DNA from: Bacteroidales bacterium UBA5429
Lineage (GTDB): Bacteria; Bacteroidota; Bacteroidia; Bacteroidales; WCHB1-69
Direction: 5' to 3'
DNA: 64,000 nt
Assembly (NCBI GenBank): GCA_002427605.1
Contig: DIRT01000018.1
Span: 1,386-65,385 of the forward strand
How positions within the stretch are numbered: the stretch's first letter is position 1; each line of letters opens with the position of its first letter. A program made the translations under genes and the position numbers. The notes beneath the pieces were generated by a model. The model searched no databases. It saw nothing but the letters and a program-made list of their open reading frames with translations, and was not told the DNA's origin. Positions 20,071-30,044 of the stretch are shown in pieces.

Positions 20071-21363
20071 ATGATGTTTAGACGAATCTCTTTTTTTGTT
20101 TTCTTTTTTATTTTTGTTGTATCGAAACATGCTGTATTGATGGCAGATACGATAAAAGTAATGCATTATAACTTACTCTACTATACCACATCGGTACCTT
20201 CAGGATGTCAAGTTTCAGCTCAATACCTGGATGAGAAAGATCTTTATCTCCGAAAAATCATACAATATGAAAAACCGGATGTTTTTACAGTCAATGAGAT
20301 TGGAAGTCAGTCGGTTTACGTGGACCGGATTTTGAATCAGGTTTTGAATAGCAACGGAGTAGATTATTACCGAAGTTGTCCCTTAACCAACTTTTCAGGG
20401 GGTACTATCGCGAATATGCTTTACTATGACTCTAGAAAGTTGGTTTATCATTCCCATTTTTATATTTCAACATCGGTTCGGGATATTAACGGCTATAAAA
20501 TGTACTACAAGACGCCACAATTAAGTCAAGGAGACACCATTTTTACAACTTTTATTGTAGCGCATCTCAAGGCAGGATACTATGATTCCGATAAGCAGCT
20601 TAGATTAACACAAGTACAAGCTCTTATGAATAAGCTGGAGCAGATCTCTTTGGTTGACAATTTTGTTTTTTCGGGTGATTTTAATCTCTACTCCTCTTCA
20701 GAACCGGCCTATCAGCATTTAATTAACTATTCCAACACACTATTCAGATTGTATGATCCGATCAATAAGCCGGGGGAATGGAATAATAACAGTCAGTTTG
20801 CTCCATATCATACTCAATCTACTCATACTTATTCTTCTAATGGATGTTATGCATCAGGGGGGATGGATGATCGTTTCGACTTTATTTTGGTTTCCCCTTA
20901 TGTTTATTATGGTAGCAAAAAGGTAAAATCGATTAATGAGAGTTATCGTGCTGTCGGACAAGATGGACAGCGCTTCAATGGAACTATTATTTCACCCACC
21001 AATAGTGTTGTACCCGATTCAATTGCACAAGCATTGTACCAGGTTTCTGATCACTTGCCTGTAGTATTGAAACTGGATGTGAATGCAACAATTAATTCGA
21101 TTGAAGCATTTCCTGCTTTGAATTGCTGGATAATGAACCCGATTGAAGATCGAATAATTATGGAGATTGGTCCGGAGCAAGCAGAAGAGGCAGAACTTCA
21201 GATTTGGGGAATCGACGGTAAGTTGCTTAGCTCAAAACGGATCTCACTAGAGGCAGGGAGTAATCGGATAGAATTTCCTTTTGAATATAGTTCAGGGTTT
21301 TATCTGGTGAGAATTAAAACCCAAAAGGGTCAATATGTTACTAAAAAAATGATAAAAAAATAG
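20071..21363 (+). CDS. Secreted endonuclease/exonuclease/phosphatase with T9SS-type C-terminal domain
   Basis: HYNLL, VNEI, AHLK, GDFN, SDHLP motifs; C-terminal GFYLVRIK...KKMIKK. Confidence 0.88.
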   Translation: MMFRRISFFVFFFIFVVSKHAVLMADTIKVMHYNLLYYTTSVPSGCQVSAQYLDEKDLYLRKIIQYEKPDVFTVNEIGSQSVYVDRILNQVLNSNGVDYYRSCPLTNFSGGTIANMLYYDSRKLVYHSHFYISTSVRDINGYKMYYKTPQLSQGDTIFTTFIVAHLKAGYYDSDKQLRLTQVQALMNKLEQISLVDNFVFSGDFNLYSSSEPAYQHLINYSNTLFRLYDPINKPGEWNNNSQFAPYHTQSTHTYSSNGCYASGGMDDRFDFILVSPYVYYGSKKVKSINESYRAVGQDGQRFNGTIISPTNSVVPDSIAQALYQVSDHLPVVLKLDVNATINSIEAFPALNCWIMNPIEDRIIMEIGPEQAEEAELQIWGIDGKLLSSKRISLEAGSNRIEFPFEYSSGFYLVRIKTQKGQYVTKKMIKK

Positions 21364-21389
21364 TTTATATTTAATATCGTTTTTTTTAC

Positions 21390-21397
21390 TATATTTG
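21390..21397 (+). promoter_or_regulatory. -7 element of the EF-G paralog gene
   Basis: TATATTTG. Confidence 0.55.
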
Positions 21398-21455
21398 CCA
21401 CCTCAATTTTAGAATCAAAATTCAAATAAAAATTTAGAATAATTTTAATACTGCA

Positions 21456-23585
21456 ATGAAAGTTTATCAAACCAAAGAAATTAGAAACGTGGCCCTCATA
21501 GGGGGGAATAGAGTAGGTAAAACAACACTAGCCGAGACCATGGCTTTTCATGGAAAAGTGATTGGCAGAAGAGGTTCAGTTGAAGACAAAAATACACTAT
21601 CGGATTATCGTGATATTGAATTAGAAAGACAACAATCGATACAGGCAACAGTAATGTATACTGAGTATGCAGGGATTAAAATCAATATGATCGATTGTCC
21701 GGGTTTTGATGACTTTATAGGAGAAGTAATCGGATCGTTGAGAGTAGCTGATACTGCTTTGATGGTAATCAATGCTCAAAACGGAGTTGATGTGGGTGCA
21801 GAAATTCAATGGAGATGGACTGCAAAAATGGATACTCCTGTTATGTTTGCAGTAAATCAATTGGATCATGAAAAAGCAAACTTTGAAGAAACGCTTCGTC
21901 AGTTAAAACAATACTTTGGGAATAATGTAGTTCCTTTCCAATATCCTGTTAATGCCGGAATCGGTTTTGACAGTGTGATTGACCTGTTGAAAATGAAATT
22001 GATGAAATTTCCTGTGGGTGGTGGAGCTCCTGTTATCGAAGAGATTCCTGCAAGTGAAAAAGACAAAGCAGAAGAGTTGCACAATGCGTTAATTGAAGCT
22101 GCAGCTGAAAATGACGAAGCATTGATGGATAAATTCTTTGAAGAAGGATCATTGACTGAAGAGGAGATGGCTCATGGATTGAAATTGGGAATCATCAGTA
22201 GAGGAACTTTCCCTGTTGTTTGTATTGCTACTAAAACAGATCAGGGAGTAACCAGATTGATGGAGATTATCAAAGATAGCTGTCCTTCACCTGATGAAAT
22301 GCCCGGCGTTGAAACTGAATCCGGAAATAAGCTAACATGTAAAGCTTCTGATCCAACAGCAGCTTACGTATTCAAAACTTCAATAGAGCAACATATTGGT
22401 GAGCTTGCGATTATGAAGATCTATGGCGGGGAAATTACTGAAGCTATGGATTTAGTAAATACTACAACCGGAGCTAAAGAAAGAATATCACAAGTTTTGT
22501 GTGTTGCCGGAAAAAATAAAGAAAAAGTAGAAAAAGCAGTTGCCGGAGATATTATTGCAACAATCAAATTAAAAGGAACTCAATCTTCACACACTCTAGT
22601 TAGATCAGGTTCAGAAAAAATCGTTCCAACAGAATATCCGGAACCCAAATTTAGAACAGCAATTAGAGCAAAAAATAGCTCAGATGATGAAAAATTGGGA
22701 GCTGTATTGAATGAGATTCGTAAATCAGACTTAACATTCTTATCTGAACAATCCAAAGAGTTAAAACAGTTGATTATTTCCGGTCAGGGAGAACAACACT
22801 TGAATATCATCAAGTTTATGATCGAGAAATATAACAAGATTGAGGTTGAATATTATGCTCCAAAAATTCCTTATCGTGAGACAATTACCAAGTCGTCAGA
22901 GGCGATGTACAGACATAAAAAACAATCTGGTGGAGCAGGACAATTTGGTGAGGTTCACATGTTAATAGAACCTTACTATGATGGAATGCCAAACCAAACT
23001 AAATATCCTATCAGAGGAACAGAAACATATGACTTGCCTTGGGGTGGAAAATTGATCTTTAATAACTGTATTGTAGGAGGTGCTATCGATGCTCGTTTTA
23101 TGCCTGCTATTCTAAAAGGGATTAATGAGAGAATTGAAGAGGGACCACTAACAGGTTCTTATGCACGTGATATCGTTGTAAATATTTATGACGGTAAAAT
23201 GCACCCCGTTGACTCTAATGAAATGGCGTTTAAATTGGCAGGAAGAAATGCGTTTAGAGAAGCATTTAAAAATGCAGGTCCTAAGATTCTTGAACCGATT
23301 TATGATGTTGAAATTTTTGTTCCTTCAGAAAGAATGGGTGATGTGATGACTGACCTTCAAGGAAGAAGAGGTGTTGTAATGGGTATGGATAGTGAAGGAG
23401 AATTCCAAAAGATTAGAGCGAAAGTTCCATTGGCAGAAATGAATAAATATTCAACTACATTGAGTTCAATCACTTCAGGTCGTGCTTCTTACGGAATGAA
23501 ATTTGCTGAATATCAACAAGTTCCTGCTGATGTTCAAAACGAAATTATTAAAAAATACGAAGAAGAAATGGAAGAAGAAGACTAA
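21456..23585 (+). CDS. Elongation factor G paralog (EF-G2-like)
   Basis: Five-domain EF-G layout (KKQSGGAGQFG, HPVDS, LEPIYDV) with divergent G motifs GNRVGKT, DCPGF and NQLD. Confidence 0.92.
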   Translation: MKVYQTKEIRNVALIGGNRVGKTTLAETMAFHGKVIGRRGSVEDKNTLSDYRDIELERQQSIQATVMYTEYAGIKINMIDCPGFDDFIGEVIGSLRVADTALMVINAQNGVDVGAEIQWRWTAKMDTPVMFAVNQLDHEKANFEETLRQLKQYFGNNVVPFQYPVNAGIGFDSVIDLLKMKLMKFPVGGGAPVIEEIPASEKDKAEELHNALIEAAAENDEALMDKFFEEGSLTEEEMAHGLKLGIISRGTFPVVCIATKTDQGVTRLMEIIKDSCPSPDEMPGVETESGNKLTCKASDPTAAYVFKTSIEQHIGELAIMKIYGGEITEAMDLVNTTTGAKERISQVLCVAGKNKEKVEKAVAGDIIATIKLKGTQSSHTLVRSGSEKIVPTEYPEPKFRTAIRAKNSSDDEKLGAVLNEIRKSDLTFLSEQSKELKQLIISGQGEQHLNIIKFMIEKYNKIEVEYYAPKIPYRETITKSSEAMYRHKKQSGGAGQFGEVHMLIEPYYDGMPNQTKYPIRGTETYDLPWGGKLIFNNCIVGGAIDARFMPAILKGINERIEEGPLTGSYARDIVVNIYDGKMHPVDSNEMAFKLAGRNAFREAFKNAGPKILEPIYDVEIFVPSERMGDVMTDLQGRRGVVMGMDSEGEFQKIRAKVPLAEMNKYSTTLSSITSGRASYGMKFAEYQQVPADVQNEIIKKYEEEMEEED

Positions 23586-23620
23586 TCTTCAATTTTCGTA
23601 TTGCAAACTGTATAAAGATC

Positions 23621-23650
23621 AAGGCAGAGTCAAACGATTCTGCCTTTTTT
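23621..23650 (+). terminator. Intrinsic terminator after the EF-G paralog
   Basis: AAGGCAGAGTC-AAAC-GATTCTGCCTT-TTTT. Confidence 0.85.
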
Positions 23651-23655
23651 CGTGC

Positions 23656-24048
23656 TTACCCCAGCATATTGATTCCGGAGTAGCGTAACTCTTCCTTTTC
23701 TTTGCTAATAATGGTTCTGCAGATTTCGATTTGTTGAGTGCAGGAGAAATTCATCATTTCGAGCAGCTCCACCAGGTATGTTTCCTCGGCAACAGCTCCT
23801 TCTAATAGCGTATTTTGAACTTGATAAGAAAATTTATTTTCCTTTTTTTTGTCAATTTGATCTTTCGTTTTTTCCTCTTTCACTTTTCTGAGAAAGCGTC
23901 TGGCATTGGCTAACAGATAACCGGTGCGATAATGAATGGCACCCAATTGGGAGATTTTTTCAACACAAAGGTTCATTTCAGTTGGGATGGGTTGTGCAAG
24001 TTGTTTTTGATATTTGGCAATTTCTGCCTTAAATTGATCAATATTCAT
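23656..24048 (-). CDS. Hypothetical all-helical protein
   Basis: 130-aa ORF from MNIDQF, downstream of the OMP gene in the lpdA operon. Confidence 0.7.
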   Translation of the reverse strand: MNIDQFKAEIAKYQKQLAQPIPTEMNLCVEKISQLGAIHYRTGYLLANARRFLRKVKEEKTKDQIDKKKENKFSYQVQNTLLEGAVAEETYLVELLEMMNFSCTQQIEICRTIISKEKEELRYSGINMLG

Positions 24049-24135
24049 AGTAAAAATGGAAGAAAAGTGAGTAAAAATAGATAGAGCATCACCTGGTTTT
24101 GAACTCAAAACCAGGAACGACAAATATATAAAAAA

Positions 24136-25032
24136 CTAATGACTAAAATAGAGGTCGCTCATGACCAAACGAATCATGATACCATAGTTAAAGGTAAATC
24201 CTTGATCATATCCGATTAAGTTGTCGGAATGTCCCATAGAACTGATGGAGAAATAGGCGACCGGATCCAACGAAAAGATCTGGTTGAAAATAATTTTGAC
24301 TCCTCCGGAAAAAGAGAGTCCATATCCCGGGGCAGCCCAATTGCGGTAGTTGGGTGTAGTTTGTTGTCCGGGTACATAAGGAGTTGATACAGAGTAAAGT
24401 AAGTTAAAGGGTTGATCTTCAATAATGGCTTCAAAACTTCTCACTTTAATGTAGTTAAATTGCAATCCCATTTCAAGAAATGGTCTTAATGTTGGGTGTA
24501 CGTGAAAAGTGTGGGTTATTCCGATATCAAAAAAAGAACGTTCCTCTACTGCTTTAAGGTATTCCATGGCGTAATCATTTCTGATATTTCCGGAAGGCTG
24601 AGGAAAACGGATCAGGAAAACATCTGAGGCGGTCAACCTGATATGGGAATAATTGATCATAAATCCCCAGTTTTTATGAAACTGATATTTCATTCCCAAT
24701 CCCAAACTCATTCCCAGGCTGTATTTCATTTTTTGTGGCAGGTCAACCGGATCAAACCAGATAGAGTCTACATAGGGATAGTTATTTATGATCAATTGTG
24801 TGATCTCATCATAACGATATTTGTTGTCAAAGAGTAATCCTAGGTTTACTTCACGGCTGGGGTCACCATTATAATATTGTGCTGTTTTGGAATCTGCGAA
24901 GTAGATTCCGCCCCCTATATGAAAATCAAACCCCAACCCACTCCATCTGTCAACTGTAACAGGTTCTTTTTTTTGAGCAAACCCGACAGTTAGAAGGAGC
25001 AGGATGAGGTTGAGTAGGATTGTTCTTTTCAT
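24136..25032 (-). CDS. Putative outer-membrane beta-barrel protein
   Basis: Signal peptide; alternating aromatic/Gly strands. Confidence 0.7.
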   Translation of the reverse strand: MKRTILLNLILLLLTVGFAQKKEPVTVDRWSGLGFDFHIGGGIYFADSKTAQYYNGDPSREVNLGLLFDNKYRYDEITQLIINNYPYVDSIWFDPVDLPQKMKYSLGMSLGLGMKYQFHKNWGFMINYSHIRLTASDVFLIRFPQPSGNIRNDYAMEYLKAVEERSFFDIGITHTFHVHPTLRPFLEMGLQFNYIKVRSFEAIIEDQPFNLLYSVSTPYVPGQQTTPNYRNWAAPGYGLSFSGGVKIIFNQIFSLDPVAYFSISSMGHSDNLIGYDQGFTFNYGIMIRLVMSDLYFSH

Positions 25033-25040
25033 TTAATTTT

Positions 25041-26432
25041 CTATAGGTGGATCACTTTATCGTATGCGGCAGCGGTAGCTTCCATGATCGCTTCAGAGAG
25101 TGTTGGGTGGGGGTGAACTGCTTCCAGAATATCTTGTCCGGTTACTTTTTTACTCATTGCCAATACAGCACCGGAGATCATTTCAGTAACATTGTCCCCA
25201 ATTAAGTGACAGCCGATCCATTCGTTGCTATTTTTGTCAAAAATCACTTTCACCATACCATCACGACTACCGGCGGCTGTTGCCTTACCGGATGCAGTAA
25301 ATGGAAATTTACCGACTAAAATTTCTCTACCTTCTTGAACACAAGCTTGTTCTGTTAATCCAACAGATGCGATTTCGGGGGTAGTATAGGTGCAACCGGG
25401 AATGAGACCATAGTTGATAGGTTCAGGATTAAGTCCGGCAATTTTTTCAACACAAACATGGGCTTCAGCGGAAGCAACGTGAGCCAAAGCAGGTCCGTGT
25501 ACTACGTCGCCAATAGCATAAATTCCTTCACAGTTGGTGCGGTAATAGGGGTCAACGATAATTTTGGTTCTTTCAACTTCCACTCCATATTCTTCCAGAC
25601 CAATTCCTTCAATATTGGTAGTTACTCCCACAGCAGAAAGCACGATATCACAGCTGATTTCAGTAATTTTATCTTTAGAATCTTTGATTTTCACCAGACA
25701 TTGATCTTGGGAAAGATCCACTTCTTCAACAGCTGCTCCGGTCATCACTTTAATACCCATTTTACGGAAAGCTCTACCCAATTGTGCCGAAATTTCGTCA
25801 TCTTCAATGGGTACCAGTTTAGGCAAGAATTCCACAATGGTTACTTTTGTTCCCATGGAAGCGTAGAAGAAAGCAAATTCACTGCCAATTGCTCCCGATC
25901 CCATGACAACCATAGATTCAGGACGAGTTGGGAGGGTTAATGCTTCACGATATCCGATCACCCTTTTCCCATCTTGAGGAATATGAGGTAGTTCTCTGGA
26001 TCTGGCACCGGTTGCAATAATGATGTGGTTTGCCTGATAATCGGTTACAGTTCCATCAGCAGCAGTAACTTCGACGGTTTTCTCTTTTTTTAATTTTCCG
26101 AATCCTTCGATAACTGTAATGTTGTTCTTTTTCAACAAGAACTGTATTCCTTTACTCATCATATCTGAAACTCCTCTGCTTCTGGAAATTACCTGATCCC
26201 ACTGAGGAGTAGCCTCTCCAACTTGAATACCGTACTGTGTAGCAGTTTTAATATAATTATATACTTGTGCAGATTTTAATAAAGCTTTGGTTGGAATACA
26301 TCCCCAATTGAGGCAGATTCCACCTAATTCAGCTCTTTCAACAATGGCTACTTTCATTTGTAGCTGACTGGCTCTAATGGCTGCAACATAACCACCAGGA
26401 CCACTTCCGATCACGATTAAATCAAAATTCAT
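25041..26432 (-). CDS. lpdA: Dihydrolipoyl dehydrogenase
   Basis: GSGPGG, GGICLNWGCIP, GSGAIG, HPHPTLSE. Confidence 0.96.
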   Translation of the reverse strand: MNFDLIVIGSGPGGYVAAIRASQLQMKVAIVERAELGGICLNWGCIPTKALLKSAQVYNYIKTATQYGIQVGEATPQWDQVISRSRGVSDMMSKGIQFLLKKNNITVIEGFGKLKKEKTVEVTAADGTVTDYQANHIIIATGARSRELPHIPQDGKRVIGYREALTLPTRPESMVVMGSGAIGSEFAFFYASMGTKVTIVEFLPKLVPIEDDEISAQLGRAFRKMGIKVMTGAAVEEVDLSQDQCLVKIKDSKDKITEISCDIVLSAVGVTTNIEGIGLEEYGVEVERTKIIVDPYYRTNCEGIYAIGDVVHGPALAHVASAEAHVCVEKIAGLNPEPINYGLIPGCTYTTPEIASVGLTEQACVQEGREILVGKFPFTASGKATAAGSRDGMVKVIFDKNSNEWIGCHLIGDNVTEMISGAVLAMSKKVTGQDILEAVHPHPTLSEAIMEATAAAYDKVIHL

Positions 26433-26466
26433 ACTTTATTCTGTATAATTAAGTTAGTACAACCTG

Positions 26467-26518
26467 CAAAGGTAATAAAAAATATTGTGATATGATAATA
26501 TATTTTTCTCTATCTTTG
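26467..26518. promoter_or_regulatory. Divergent promoter pair for lpdA and the M6 protease gene
   Basis: TACCTTTG on minus (26474-26467) and TATCTTTG on plus (26511-26518). Confidence 0.6.
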
Positions 26519-26537
26519 CAGGTTAATTTCTAATAAT

Positions 26538-28352
26538 ATGAGGAAGGTAGCACTATTAATTACAAATGTTTTTTTATGGATTACTGCTCTTCAGGCTGCA
26601 TATTTGGAGAAAGTTCCGGTTGTTTTACTTCAACCTAACGGGGATACACTTCACTGTTTTGCTACGGGAGATGATTATTACCAATGGTTGCATGATAAGG
26701 ATAATTACACTATCATATTGGATGAAACTACCGGTTTTTATGTTTATGCCAATGTGGAAAGAGGTTGGTTGGTTCCTACTGACTTGATTCCGGGGGTTGA
26801 TTCTCCGAAAGAAGTATTGAGTCCCGGGTTGAATATTTCTACCCAAAAAATGAGATTATTGCGAGAAAAAATGGAGGAAGGCACGCGGGTGGCTCCCCCC
26901 AAAAATAATTTTCGCAATATAGGGAGTATGAATAATATTGTGATTTTTATTCAGCTGGCAGATGCAGAAAGCTTTACTAAACCTGTTTCATATTTTAATT
27001 CAATTTTCAATAATTCTACATCAGAAACTGCTAATTCAGTCCATAATTACATAAAAAAAACCTCCTATCAGCAGATGTTTGTAACCTCTCACTTTTATCC
27101 TGCACCCAAAACAGATACTGTTATTGCTTATAGAGACATTTATCCCATTCAATACTATATGCCATATAGTGAAGAAAATAGTATAGGATATCTGCAAAAT
27201 GACACTATCTCGCAAAGAACAGAAAGGGAGCATGCACTCTTGAAAAGAGCGGTTGAGTTTGCCGCAAGCTCAATACCGGCATCGATGAATTTGGATTTCA
27301 ATGAGGATGGGTATGTGGATAATATCAGTTTTATTATTCAGGGAGAACTAGGGGCTTGGGCATCGCTATTGTGGCCTCACCGTTGGTCACTCTTTTCAGA
27401 AGAGGTTTATATTCACGGGTTAAGAGTATGGGATTATAATTTTCTGATGACACATCCCACTTATTTGAATACTTCTGTATTATCCCATGAGTTGATGCAC
27501 ACCTTTGGGTTTCCGGATTTGTACCGTTATTCTTATGAAGGAACACCAGTTGGATCCTGGGATATTATGGCAGGTAATGGGAATCCTCCTCAACAAACCG
27601 GCGCCTATCTCAAATGGAAATATGGAGGATGGATTGATGAGATTCCGGAAATAACAGAAGCCGGTTTTTATACCCTGTATTCTAATCAGAATCATAAAGA
27701 GGGTTCTGTATATAAGATCGCATCTCCTGATCCGAATCAATTTTTTGTACTTGAATATCGTAAAAAGGAACCTCCTTTTGATTCAACAATTCCTTCTTCA
27801 GGTGTTATTATATCAAGAATCAATCAGCTTTATGACGGCAATGCAGGAACAGATTTTATAAACTATTTTGATGAGGTTTATATTTACCGTTATGGGGGAA
27901 CTATGGAGGATGATGGTTATCCTGATGTGGCAGCATTCCATCATTATTCTACTCTGTTAAATCAGTTTAACCCCTGGACTAATCCCAACACTTTTTTAAC
28001 TGATGGTACTGTTTGTTTTTTCGAACTCAATCAGTTTGGAGCTTTATTACAAGATAGTATTACCTTTTACTATTCTCCGGAACCGGTGGGTGTTCGGGAA
28101 AATATTATTGAAGCAGGTTCGGTTAAATTATTTCCCAATCCGGCACAAGATCAGATTACGATCTGGGTTGATGCTGAAGATGGAGAGACAATTGATTATC
28201 AGTTGATTGATATTCAAGGGAGAATGGTTCATGCCGGAGGATTACAAGTTCAGAATAATTATATAGATATTTCGCAATTATCACCGGGAATCTATTTTGC
28301 AAAAATCAGACAAGGTGAAACCGAAAATAGAATTAAATTTATAAAACAGTAA
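26538..28352 (+). CDS. M6 (immune inhibitor A-like) metalloprotease with T9SS C-terminal domain
   Basis: HELMHTFGFPDLY, WDIM, LFPNPA...GIYF...KFIK. Confidence 0.9.
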   Translation: MRKVALLITNVFLWITALQAAYLEKVPVVLLQPNGDTLHCFATGDDYYQWLHDKDNYTIILDETTGFYVYANVERGWLVPTDLIPGVDSPKEVLSPGLNISTQKMRLLREKMEEGTRVAPPKNNFRNIGSMNNIVIFIQLADAESFTKPVSYFNSIFNNSTSETANSVHNYIKKTSYQQMFVTSHFYPAPKTDTVIAYRDIYPIQYYMPYSEENSIGYLQNDTISQRTEREHALLKRAVEFAASSIPASMNLDFNEDGYVDNISFIIQGELGAWASLLWPHRWSLFSEEVYIHGLRVWDYNFLMTHPTYLNTSVLSHELMHTFGFPDLYRYSYEGTPVGSWDIMAGNGNPPQQTGAYLKWKYGGWIDEIPEITEAGFYTLYSNQNHKEGSVYKIASPDPNQFFVLEYRKKEPPFDSTIPSSGVIISRINQLYDGNAGTDFINYFDEVYIYRYGGTMEDDGYPDVAAFHHYSTLLNQFNPWTNPNTFLTDGTVCFFELNQFGALLQDSITFYYSPEPVGVRENIIEAGSVKLFPNPAQDQITIWVDAEDGETIDYQLIDIQGRMVHAGGLQVQNNYIDISQLSPGIYFAKIRQGETENRIKFIKQ

Positions 28353-28356
28353 GGGT

Positions 28357-28782
28357 ATGACGATAGAAGAACGTGAAAAAGAGTTATTGGCAGAGTTTGA
28401 ACTCTTTGAAGATTGGATGGATAAATATAGTTATATCATTGAGTTAGGGAAAGAGTTACCCCTCATTGATGAAAAATATAAAACAGAGCAATATTTGATC
28501 TCCGGATGTCAATCTCGAGTGTGGCTTCATGCCGAGTTTAAAGATGGGAAGGTGATCTATACAGCAGATAGTGATGCAATTATCACTAAAGGAATTGTAA
28601 GTTTATTGATCAGAGTATTATCTGATGCCCCACCTAAAGCTATTATAGATGCTTCATTGGGGTTTGTTGATCAAATTGGATTGACTCGACATCTTTCTCC
28701 AACACGTTCCAATGGACTTACATCGATGATTAAACAGATGAAGATGTACGCTGTTGCTTTTGAAATGAAAAAAGAAATATAA
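28357..28782 (+). CDS. sufE: SufE family Fe-S metabolism protein
   Basis: ISGCQSRVW, DSDAIITKG, LSPTRSNG. Confidence 0.93.
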   Translation: MTIEEREKELLAEFELFEDWMDKYSYIIELGKELPLIDEKYKTEQYLISGCQSRVWLHAEFKDGKVIYTADSDAIITKGIVSLLIRVLSDAPPKAIIDASLGFVDQIGLTRHLSPTRSNGLTSMIKQMKMYAVAFEMKKEI

Positions 28783-28783
28783 T

Positions 28784-30028
28784 ATGGCGATTCCTTTCTC
28801 CAGACATATTTTATCAAACGGACTTACTTTATTGATTCATGAGGATCATTCTACACCTTTAGTCGCATATCATATGATATACAAGGTGGGTTCTAAAAAT
28901 GAGGATCCTTCTTTAACCGGTTTAGCTCACTTATTGGAACATTCTATGTTTGATGGATCAGTGAATGTTCCTAATATTGATGTCCATATTCAAAACATCG
29001 GAGCAACTTGCAATGCCTACACAACGAAAGATATAACAGGATATCATGCACTATTACCTGCTCAAAACCTGGAAACCATACTTTGGCTAGAGTCGGATCG
29101 TATGTCGGGATTAGCTTTTGATGAGGAGAAATTTGCTGTGCAGAAAAAAGTAGTTTTGGAAGAGTTCAATGAGCGTTATTTGAATAAACAGTACGGAGAT
29201 CTGTCACATCAAATATCCCAGTTGGTATACCAAAACCATCCTTATCAGTGGCCACCTATTGGGAAAGAACGATCTCATATTGAAAAGATTACGATGAATG
29301 ATCTAAAGCAGTTTTACGATCGTTTTTATACTCCTTCCAATGCAGTCATTGCCATTGCAGGTCATGTTAAAGTAGACGAAGTTATTTGCTTGGTAGAGAA
29401 ATGGTTTGGATCCATCCCTTCAGAGAAACAACCTTTAATCCAATTACCTCAGGAACCTGAACAAACAGAACCCAGGTTTTCAAGGTTACATCGAGATGTT
29501 CCAACATCTATAGTTTATAAAATATGGAGAATACCGCATAGTCTTGAAAAAGACTATTATTCATTAGTTTTTTTATCTACATTTTGGGGTAGTGGCGAAT
29601 CTGCCTATCTTTATGAGGAGTTAGTTCACAAACAGAAGCTGTGTGTTGATGCATTTACTTCTATAACCAATCATGTTGAATCAGCGATTTTATTTGTAGC
29701 CGGAGTGCCCAATGATAATGTCAGTTTAGAACAGGTAAACCAAGCATTGAATGATTTGGTGTACTCTTATCAAGGGGGAGAGCAATTATCGTATAATTTG
29801 CAAAGAGCAAAAAATAAGACTGAGTCAAATATATTGCAAGATCAGATCCTGATTCAAGACAAAAGTTATTGGTTGGCCGTATGGGAAACAGCAGCGAGTG
29901 TGGAACAGTACGAAAATGAAATAGAACGCTATCTTGCTGTTTCTGAAGAAGATATATTGAGAGTCCGTCAAGAATGGATCGTACCTCACCGGGAGAATAC
30001 CCTTTTTTATGGCAATTTTAATAAATAA
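28784..30028 (+). CDS. M16 (pitrilysin) family peptidase
   Basis: YKVGS, AHLLEH (HxxEH), NAYT, VVLEE. Confidence 0.9.
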   Translation: MAIPFSRHILSNGLTLLIHEDHSTPLVAYHMIYKVGSKNEDPSLTGLAHLLEHSMFDGSVNVPNIDVHIQNIGATCNAYTTKDITGYHALLPAQNLETILWLESDRMSGLAFDEEKFAVQKKVVLEEFNERYLNKQYGDLSHQISQLVYQNHPYQWPPIGKERSHIEKITMNDLKQFYDRFYTPSNAVIAIAGHVKVDEVICLVEKWFGSIPSEKQPLIQLPQEPEQTEPRFSRLHRDVPTSIVYKIWRIPHSLEKDYYSLVFLSTFWGSGESAYLYEELVHKQKLCVDAFTSITNHVESAILFVAGVPNDNVSLEQVNQALNDLVYSYQGGEQLSYNLQRAKNKTESNILQDQILIQDKSYWLAVWETAASVEQYENEIERYLAVSEEDILRVRQEWIVPHRENTLFYGNFNK

Positions 30029-30044
30029 AGTTAATTTTATAAAT

